NCBI GenBank assembly: GCA_964016885.1
Contig: OZ024740.1
Coordinates: 221,216,001 to 221,280,000 of the forward strand
Source of the DNA: Eledone cirrhosa
Taxonomy: Eukaryota
Length of the DNA: 64,000 nucleotides
Direction: 5' to 3'
Shown: one piece after another, positions 54,660 to 64,000 of the stretch
How positions within the stretch are numbered: the first letter of the stretch is position 1
How the letters are laid out: each line of letters opens with the position of its first letter
The notes under the pieces: model-generated
Database searches by the model: none
Told to the model about the DNA's origin: nothing
What the model saw: the letters and a program-made list of their open reading frames with translations, nothing else
Made by a program: the position numbers and the translations under genes

Positions 54660-54752
54660 GGTGTGAAAGAAACAGAAAAAGAGAATGCAAGACGATGATG
54701 GGAGAAAGAGACGAGAGAGAGAGAAAGAGAGAAAGAGAGAAAGAGAGGAGAG

Positions 54753-54793
<41 letters not shown>

Positions 54794-55010
54794 CGTGAAA
54801 GAGAAAAAGAGATAGAGTGAGAGGGGGTGAAAAAAACCAGAAAGAGAATGCAAGACGATGATGGGAGAAAGAGACGAGGGAGAGAGAAAGAGAGAGAGAG
54901 AGAGAGAGGAGAGAGAAAGAGAGAAAGAGAGGGGGTGAAAGAGAAATTGATAGGGGGTGAAAAAAACAGAAAGAGAATGTAAGACGATGATGGGAGAAAG
55001 AGGGGAGAAA
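54660..55010. repeat. Three-copy purine-rich tandem repeat
   Basis: aaagagaatgcaagacgatgatgggagaaagag occurs at ~54678, 54841 and 54970. Confidence 0.75.
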
Positions 55011-55639
55011 GAAAGAGAGAGAAAGAGAGAGAGATAGAGGGAGAGAGAAAAAAAGAGAAAAAGAGAACGGAAAAAGACGATAGAAGAAAGAAAGGTGAGT
55101 GCGGAAGAAAGGAGAGAAAGAGAAGATAGAGAGAAAAACATTTATTTTGCCAATGTATGAATAACTATCACTTCAGTAGAAAATCAATACTAGAAGTTCG
55201 AGGATGTTCTCAACAATAAGAGAACAAATCGATAAAATATGTGCAGTTGTCGGTATCAAAATGATAATAAAAAAAAGGAAAGTTTAAACAGGAATTATGC
55301 AAGATTCATACTTATAAATAGGAATTAAAATTTGCCAACTAACTGCCAAATACTTCTGAAAATCAGATGGAATTTATTTCAAATGAAAGACGAAAAAATG
55401 ATAATAAATAAATGAAAATAAAAATAAATGAAAAAATAACAAATAAATAAAAAGTAATTAAAAAATAAATAAATAAACATAATAAACAACAATAATGATA
55501 ATAATAACTGTAACAACAATAAAGAAAAAATAGGATAAAAATAAATGACAAAAATTAAGATAAATAAATGGAAACAATATCTTTGCAGAGTGAAAATTAA
55601 AAGGTTTATCAAAGTATCTTGTACTTAGAAGCGACATCA

Positions 55640-57470
55640 GCTGAGTTCATTTTAATGTTACCAATTATTTTTTAATCTCTATTGATTGTGTAGCAAACAA
55701 CTTGAGTGATTCCAACCTCTTCAAGGTTGTTTAGATTGTTGGCATATGGGGTACTTTTATCATGATATTGGCAAGTAATCAAGTACAAGCTGTCATACAA
55801 TAGTCCTTCATTTCCTCATTTTGTTTGCCGTAGCGTCTTCTAGTCTTACAATCAAAATATTCTATGACCTTTAAGGCTTAAAGGTCATAAAAACTTCGAA
55901 TTTGGCACAGATTTGTGAACAGACGGCTATTCAATGCGTGACTTAAGGAAATTGATAAATTTTAATTAATAGCAGCTTGTATTAATTACTGCATATATCT
56001 CTTAAGGAATTATAATCATTACATCGACAATGAATGTATGATGAATCGCCTGCTGACTGAATTTAAGCCGAAAATCCTATTTTCCTCTCAGGCACTGCTG
56101 CGGTGCTCTCGGTGCATGCACTAATACTGTTATTCTATCCCAGACCTAATTCTTTAAAATATATTGTCCCCTTTCAAGAAAACATCTTCATTTGCTCTAT
56201 GCAACAACATTAAGATAGATAAGACCAGAAGTCCCTGTGCACACTACTATTTCCATACGATTATCCAACAAATACCAACAGCTGAGGCACATTTATAATG
56301 TTGGTCATTTCGTCCAACTGAATTGCAATTCTTCCAATAAACTGGTTATCATTTTGGTTATCATTAAATTGGTTATCATTTTGGCAGTAACGGTAGAGGA
56401 TCGGACGCCATGCTTTCCAGCATAGTTACGTCCCTTTACGATCTGAGTTCAAATCCCGCCGCGGTTGACTTTGCCTTTCATCCTTACGGGGTCGATAAAA
56501 TAAAGTACCAGTAATGCACTGGGTAATTGCTGGCCTTGTGCCTAAAGTAGAAACAATTAATTTCTGAAGGGCGGTGGATTGGCAGTATCGGTAGAGGGTC
56601 GGACGCCATGCTTTGACGCATAGAGTTTCGGCCCTTGCCCTTCTGAGTTCAAATCCCGCCGAGGTTAACTTTGCCTTTCATCCTTACGGAGTCGATAAAA
56701 TAAAGTACCAGTAATGCACTGGGTATTTGCTGGCCTTGTGCCAAAAGTAGAAACAATTAATTTCTGAAATTCTTTCACACGTCGTATGAGTCAGTTTACA
56801 GTGGACTATTTCTTATTTCGTTCGTATTGGTCTCTCCGTAAACAATTTCTGTGATTCTCTACGTATTTCCCTTGAGCAGGTGTATGTTTATCAGATGCAT
56901 TTATTACTCTCGAAGACTTCAGTGTTTTTTTTTATAAAACTACCCCCCCCCCCCCCCCCCCCCCCCCCCAACCCCCAATTCTGCCAAGGAATTGTCTGAT
57001 ATCAAGATATTTTGTTAATTTAGCAGACTTCATATTCTCATTCACCAATTACTTGTAAAAATTAAACAGAGTGGAAGATGCTCTTCATGCATATGAGCAA
57101 AAGGGCGGTATTGTTCAGCTGCTACAGTTCATGTTACTCCATCCAGGCTCGTAACTATTAGTTCAGAATGGTTTTCCATCTACGACAAATTTAACCATTT
57201 ACCCATGCGGAGGTATTTTCTAATTTCTGTTGCCACCAGACCCTATTTCATTTCATTTGAAAAATAAATACAAAAAAACAAAACAATGGTCTCTAACCCC
57301 GATACATCATGAAATATAAGGTGAAAGTGTATAAACTGTTGGATTGCTTTTCTTACATTACGCTATTCTAGTTTCCACTCCTTGTACAGTATATAAAGTA
57401 GAAAGGGTTGATGGATCGCTATGAGACAATGATAGTAATGTTATAGAAGCTTTGTTATCGACTTAGCACC
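55640..57470 (-). pseudogene. Highly degenerate hAT (Buster/Charlie-like) transposase relic, interrupted by two SINEs (56380-56760)
   Basis: Scattered minus-strand peptides ASYNI, RIA*CKK, SACTESTAAV..GF (CTDGAxAM-like) and HALNSRLFTNLC occur in the expected order. Confidence 0.5.
56380..56760 (+). mobile_element. Head-to-tail SINE pair
   Basis: The second copy is flanked by duplicated aattaatttctgaa, i.e. inserted at the tail of the first. Confidence 0.88.
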
Positions 57471-57477
57471 ATTTATC

Positions 57478-59585
57478 TGAACAGAAGAAGCTATCCATCG
57501 ATCATATAATCCCGTAGAACCTTCCACAACAAGTTGCGTGGAACGTGATTATATGCCTTTTCGAGGTCTATGAAACAAACAATACTCCCACGGCTTCTCA
57601 AAGACTTGTCGCAGTGTAAATATTTGGTCGGCTGTGCTGCATCCGGGACGAAAACCACAGTTTGTCAGTTAGCTGGGACTCGGCAATATCCTACATCTCA
57701 TTGCGAGACACTTAGCATGGGGTTTATCTGGGAGGCTTAACAAGGAGATTCCTCTATGACTGGAACAATCTCACTTCCCTTTTTGAAAATTGAGATTATC
57801 ACTCCAGATTGCCATTGCTTAGGTGCCTTTCCAGATATCCAGGTCACACGTCACACATGAGTGAACCACAGAATGCCTTCTCTACTTAAGGCCTTTAAGA
57901 TGCCGGGCCGAATTTCATCACTGCTCTTGTAACCGTAGCATCTGAGAGTTTAGTCATCGCTCCCTGATGCACCACATATACATCAGAGGATGCTGCTGTG
58001 ACCGGGTTTAGAAGATCAGCAAAGTATTCCCTCTCTTTCTCTCGTGAGAATGCACTTCTCTAAAATGAGGAGAACCTCAGATGCGTTTCTGATAGCAGGT
58101 GCGGAGGAGGTCGCCTTATTACGATGTCCGCCGATGGTTTGCCAGAACACTTTATTTGCTCATCTAAAATCAGATTCCAGCTTAACCCCAAATACCTCCC
58201 ATGTCTTTGGACGCCTTTACTGTCGTTACTGCGACTTTTCTCACCTGCCTGTATCTCAAGTGCAAGAAGGAGGACTTATTTCCAAGCCAAGATTTGTAAG
58301 TCTCCTTTTTTGCTCGGATGGCACCTTTGGCTATTTCATTGAACCAAAGCGTATACCTTCCACCCGACGCAAAACCAAGCAGCTTTCTTCCGCACCATTT
58401 AACCGCTGAATCAGAAGCTACCCTGCTGAACAATCTCCACCCCGTTTCAACGTCCCCAGTTTGCCCAGAGAGTTTGTCCGAATTTAGATGCAATAGTATC
58501 CGCAAACCTGTTCCTGACTTCCTTATCTGTCAGTGCTTCTCCTTTATCCTATAGCACCAGATGAGCCTGGAAGGTTTGTGAGCTCTTTTGTCTTTAAATA
58601 GTCTCAAGCTGAAGATAACTAGATAGTGATCAATTGATATCTCAGCCACTCTCTTTAACACGAACATCCAGCACAGAACTGAAGAGATTAGATAAAATAA
58701 CAAAATCAATTATTGATCTCCGTCCCTGATTACGCTTATATTATGACTATTTATGGATGTCTTTTTTCTGGAAGATGTTTATAATAGAACCCATTACTGG
58801 AATAGAAGTCCAATAAGGCATTTCCATTCGTATTTAGATTGGGAACGCCGTTCCTGCCAATCACCCCTTTCCATGTTATATGGTCAGAACCAACATGTGC
58901 TTTGAAATCTTCATTAAGATATATGACTCAGTCTTAACTACATCTAACGCTGCAGTGACTTCAACAAGGAAGGGTTGGTATCTGAGTTCTCTGTTTAGCG
59001 CTTAAAATTTCACCACCCACAGAGACCTTTCTTTCAGACTAAGCTGCAAAATGTAAATCTTCCCTCCTAATAGGATCCATTCCATAACATATTCTGACAG
59101 TTATGGGCTTGCGAATAGCTTCATTCCCCCCTGTGCAGTCTCTACTGGCGCCACACTTGAATAGTGGAGTTTCCATCCTCCATCCAAATCTTTAGTATCA
59201 GGACCACGGAACTTTGTTGAGGAAACCCCAACTATATTTAGCCTCCCTTACTACTTCTTGCTTCTTGACTGTAAGGTTTGTGATGTTCCAGGTTCCAATT
59301 GTCAAGGTTTGCTCCCTTCCGAACCCTCTTTGGGGTCTCGGGATACGCTATCTTGGTGCATCCATCCCACGTCTCCCAGGACATCGCAGGCCCATCACCA
59401 GTTTTTACATGAAATGGAGACTGCAATATATATTTTCGAACAGGTACCTCTACCTAAAGCCCGAACGCGTCTCTTGTTATCCCGCGAGAAGGACGATGCG
59501 GCATGGATACCTTTTCTGTTTCCGACCACATAGCAGTGTTTTGGCGGTCTTATTCGCGCCATTCACCAATTCGGTACTTTTCTCA
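57478..59585 (-). mobile_element. 5' half (5' UTR, APE, RT N-part) of an Expander-like RTE LINE, inverted
   Basis: LTIGTWNITNL..IVGVSSTK (~59210-59310), KGAIRAKKETYKSWL, DEIRPGILKAL, CGFRPGCSTADQIFTL and FIDLEKAYNHVPRNLLWKVL. Confidence 0.82.
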
Positions 59586-60277
59586 TAGCCGCGAAGTCGA
59601 AACCATTCAATGTGGGTGTTGGACTTCGCCAAGGGTGCCTACTCTCACCTATTCTGTTCATAATATTCATGGACAGGATTTACAGGCGCAGCCGAGCTGG
59701 AAGTAATATCGAGACTGGTAGTGTAGGATCAGTCGGCTGGAATTTGCGGATGACATGGTACAACTTAACTCATCGGGAGGTGAGATCCGACATGAACTTG
59801 ATACATTTTTTATCAAATACTGCACGAAAGGAATAAAAATCAGTGTTGCAATGACTGAGACACAAGTCTCCCCAATGAATCCTGTGCAGTGCACTCTACA
59901 TGTGATTTTAGTTCCTTTGAAGTAGGTGTAGATGTTCAAGTATCTCGGGAATGGCTGAATTAAGTGCAAGAATTGGTGGAGCTGGTGCAGTAATGCGCCA
60001 GCTTCAACATTTGTTCATTAAAAGGGCGATAGCTGGAAAAGCCAAACTTACTATCTTCAATTCGGTATTTGTGCCAACGCTTACCTATGGTCATGAATCT
60101 TGGGTAATGACCAACAGGATACGATCATGAATACAAGCGGCTGAAATGGGGTTCCTCCGAAGGGTCTTTATCATTACTTAATAGAGTGGGTAAAGAAGAA
60201 GAAGAAGAAGAAGAAGAAGAAGAAGAAGAAGAAGAAGAAGAAGAAGAAGAAGAAGAAGAAGAAGAAGAAGAAGAAGC
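59586..60277 (+). mobile_element. 3' half of the same RTE LINE with (GAA)n tail
   Basis: KSKPFNVGVGLRQGCLLSPILFIIFMDRI, EFADDMV, FKYLG and LTYGHESWVMT, followed by (GAA)n at ~60193-60277. Confidence 0.82.
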
Positions 60278-60627
60278 AACAGCAGTTTATTATCATTGTC
60301 AAAACAATCCTATCCATGGAGTAAAATAAATCATTAAACAACAATAACTGACATAAGTTAGTCGAGACAAATTGAATAAAACATTATATATTAAACATTG
60401 AAAATCTTGTTTTGTATTTTTATTTAATTATATTTATGTGATATAAAGTTAATCTGGAAAATGAAAAAAAAAAAAAAATTAATAATAATCGCACCATGAA
60501 ATAATCTGAACAGTAATTTACATACTTTTCGCAATTATATTATCTTAAAAACTATCTATTATTGTGATACACATCACTGCCTATTGCAATATATTTCCAG
60601 ATCAAGTATTCTAAATCATGGCTTTAA

Positions 60628-61303
60628 CCCTTCCAATAACAAACCACCTAAAACAACTTAAGTTTTATGATATAGCGGTATTTGCTTTAAAGTGTTCATA
60701 TTTAAATTTAAAACTTCCATCATAATTTTATGTAAGAAATTTTGTTAAATCAAACACCAGCTTAATAATTGTTTCTACTTTTGGCACAAGGCCAGCAATT
60801 ACCCAGTACATTACTGGTACTTTATTTTATCGACCCCGTAAGGATGAAAGGCAAAGTTAACCTCGACGGGATTTGAACTCAAACCGTAAAGGGGCGTAAC
60901 TATGCTAGAAAGCATGGCGTCCAACCCTCTACCGATACTGCCAATTCACCGCCCTACCAGCTTAATAATGAAATATGTTGTTATATATTACTAAATCTCT
61001 ACAAATTCTTGGGTAATTGAAAATTCTAGGTAATTTATTTTATTAGAAACTAGGTGCCCACTTCGCGCTGGCTCCTCGCCCCGACCTGCCGTATTGCCTC
61101 TTACACATATAAATTCTTAAGCTTGCAATAAACTATAAAATGACATAAGTTATCTCCTAACTTAAGTTATCTTCTCAACTTAAAAAAAAAATGGTTGTCT
61201 TCCTATTTCACTTCTCCCCTTTTCACTCCTACATATATCATATGTGTGACAGACAACCGGAGAAACGGATTTTAAAAATGATATAGATATGGTAACGAAA
61301 GGG
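60628..61303. mobile_element. piggyBac-type MITE containing a SINE and a Helitron
   Basis: TTAA-ccctt...ggtaacgaaaggg-TTAA. The SINE at 60768-60955 (-) has TSD accagcttaataat. A related MITE end lies at ~47000-47030. Confidence 0.6.
61050..61287 (-). mobile_element. Small non-autonomous Helitron-like element
   Basis: The minus strand starts TCTATATC..gtctgtc and ends in a GC-rich stretch plus CTAG. Inserted between A and T without a TSD; removing it restores agaaa/tatggtaacgaaagggttaa. Confidence 0.65.
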
Positions 61304-62308
61304 TTAAGCTCAGACGGTATTCACACCATTTACAAAAGCACTTTTCTTACATTGTTAAAACACGACCAAATGCGAGACACAATCCGAAATACACTATAAA
61401 TCATTATAACATTAAAAAAAATTATGATACACTTACAACAATGAGTATTTTTAACAAAATATAAACGGCACGTGAACAACAACAAAAATCATGGTAGCAA
61501 GAAGCATTAAATGAATCAGTAACAACAACCACAACCACAACAACAACGGGGTCTACCCATGGTCACACTACTTGATATAAAGAGCATCCTGTCGTCTTAA
61601 CAAATTATCTCCATCCATCATTTATACTGAAGGAGAAACACAGGAAAATGAAGTGCTAGATATATAAAAGATGGGATGGTCAGAGTTTAAGTGACTTTAG
61701 TCATATGACTGCGTAATCAGTGCTGATTCTAGGCGAAACAACATCAACCTATTTACCACGAGCAAAGTTGAATTCAACTCTTCAATCTAAAGAACTACAA
61801 ACTCATCGTATTTACAGCTGTCGAGCTTCTTTGTTGATATACACTATTTGTGAAAGTTATTACCAGGTATATTGTGAGTGTTATGTCATACCGCCCTGCT
61901 TTTGAAAAAAAACAAAAAAAAAACACGAATAGCTGAGTTGTCAGCGAGTTTTCCATCACAAAGTATCGATCAGTTTCTGGTATGAAACTCTTTTTCTTCT
62001 TATGTTTCCACAATGGATATAGTCTTAGTTTTTTTAAAATCTTCAGGTATTTGTGTACAGCTTTCAATGGCAACATCTAATTAGATTTACCTTTGTTTTT
62101 CCTTTCTTTTTGTAACTCTTGAAAAATTGTGATTGCTTGAGGCCTGCAGTATTGCAAGTTACTTGTCACCTTGCTTGCAGTGGCTTTTAATACACACAAA
62201 TATACATTCTATTATATGTATGTATATATATATATATATAATTCACACACGTACGCACACACACACACACACACACGCGCGCACACACACGCAGACACGC
62301 ACACACAC

Positions 62309-62346
<38 letters not shown>

Positions 62347-62420
62347 GCACACACACACACACACACACACGCACGCACGCACACACACACACACATACAC
62401 ACGCACGCACACACGCACGC

Positions 62421-62505
<85 letters not shown>

Positions 62506-62524
62506 CACATGTATGTATGTATGT

Positions 62525-63617
62525 GTTCTGTTTGCTCTTTTATACTCCACCGAAACCTGGACGCTATTCCGCAAACACACCAAATTGCTTGAGCGTTTTT
62601 AGCAGAAATGTCTAAGGCGCATATTCAACATCAAGTGGCAAGACAGAACTCCTGACATCCATGTTCTTATCAAAGCAGAATGTCCAAGCATTTAGTCGCA
62701 AGTAACATCTCAAATTCGCTTGACAGGACATATCGTCCGCATAAAAGAAAGCAGGATCCCGAAGCAATTTATTTACGGTGAGCTCCATCTTTGAAAAAGA
62801 CCTCAACACAAACCGAAAATGAGGTTCAGGGACAGCATCAAGAACAATCTCAAAGAGCTGCCATTTGATATAGACAACTGGGAGGAGATAGCTTTAAATA
62901 GGGCTGAGTGGAGAAAGTGTATAAAGGGCAGTTTCAAAACGTTTGAGAAATATCGTCTAGAACATAAACAACTGGAACGTTAGCTCCGGAAGGGCTGTGC
63001 TCACAGTTTTGATGAAGTGATCAGTAGTTGGACATGCAATTTCTGTCAGCATGTAGTCCCCTCAAAGTCTGGTTATGTTAATTATCTGAAGTCATATGAA
63101 AGCATAACCACCTGCAACACCACTCAACAAAGACCTGGTGAAACAAGGTGCGTGCTATACAACAAAGGGTATAGACCTAGTTCCGGACTAAAAGGACATA
63201 TGGTGGTACATAAATATTGTGTCATACAGGGTGACGCCACCGGTCCCGTGGAAAGCACAACTTCCTTCTGTCACCTGTATCCTAATCTATGCAGATCTAC
63301 AGCTGCCCTACAAAGTCATCTACGAAGTCATGGAAGTAGATAGGATGATAACGAAGAATCAATATGAGACGGCAATCGTCTGGGAAGACACTGCAATCCT
63401 CATGTATGTATGTATGTATGTATGTATGTATGTATGTATGTATGTATGTATGTATGTATGTATGTATGTATGTATGTACGTATGTATGTATCTGTGTGTG
63501 TGTATGTATGTATGTATGTATGTATGTATGTATGTATGTATGTACGTACGTATGTATGTGTGTGCATGTATGTATGTATGTATGTATGTATGTATGTATG
63601 TATGTATGTATGTATGT
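62525..63617 (+). mobile_element. 3' part of an RTE (BovB-like) LINE with three degenerate C2H2 fingers and (TATG)n tail
   Basis: LLYSTETWTL..CLRRIFNIKWQD..GHIVRI..RIPKQFIYGEL..NWEEIALNRAEWRK, followed by CNFC.., GLKGHMVVH and LQSHLRSH; tail 63402-63617. Confidence 0.85.
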
Positions 63618-63964
63618 CAACGGCTATCCAAATAGTACTTTTTTTTCACCTGGGAGTGAAAGGCCTCCAATTGTTATCACAACACCTTTCTAGGAGAGGG
63701 GAAACTCTGAAAGAAAAAAACCCTGCGGCTTCCAAAACATCCGATGATGTTGACCGGTTCTCCTTTTTGGGTAGTGTTTTCGATGCTCAGAGAGGGGGAT
63801 TGGTCGAGTGCAAGGCCTTTACCCACTTAAAAAATCTTCAAAGCACTGGCATTGCTTGTTCAGGATATGTTATAGGTTCGTGTGGCCGGCCGTAGCCTAA
63901 AAGTGCACCAAACTCTATAATCTGACAAGCGATTGCAATACTCTTAGCAGAGTTTGTAGCCATC
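63616..63964 (+). mobile_element. 5'-truncated bipartite RTE-derived element (family A)
   Basis: Homologous to 15408-15746. Confidence 0.8.
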
Positions 63965-63965
63965 T

Positions 63966-64000
63966 TATATCTTCTGGTTTTATAATTCCACAAAGTTTTA
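63966..64000 (-). mobile_element. 3' terminus of another R4/Dong-like family B copy
   Basis: tcttctggttttataattccacaaa matches 19819-19843. Confidence 0.65.

Overview
Repeat-dominated, AT-rich animal DNA with no intact host gene, rRNA/tRNA gene or CRISPR array that I can support. The SINE, MITE and microsatellite mix resembles an octopus/cephalopod intron or intergenic region (inference). Contents: (i) Penelope-like elements (a Naiad-type RT+GIY-YIG pair arranged head-to-head, and a second GIY-YIG family) carrying several minimal hammerhead-ribozyme motifs; (ii) a stack of three different restriction-like-endonuclease retrotransposons (two R4/Dong-like, one CRE-like), all on the minus strand and separated by (TATG)n tracts that are the tails of RTE-derived elements; (iii) several RTE-clade relics, one with a twin-priming-type 5' inversion, plus bipartite non-autonomous RTE derivatives; (iv) many tRNA-derived SINEs, hAT/mariner/piggyBac-type MITEs, a small Helitron and a degenerate hAT transposase; (v) a ~3.75 kb composite satellite apparently seeded from a SINE end; (vi) several unrelated long palindromes next to (TA)n tracts. 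All family calls come from motif recognition by eye, not database searches, and boundaries are approximate unless a TSD is quoted.
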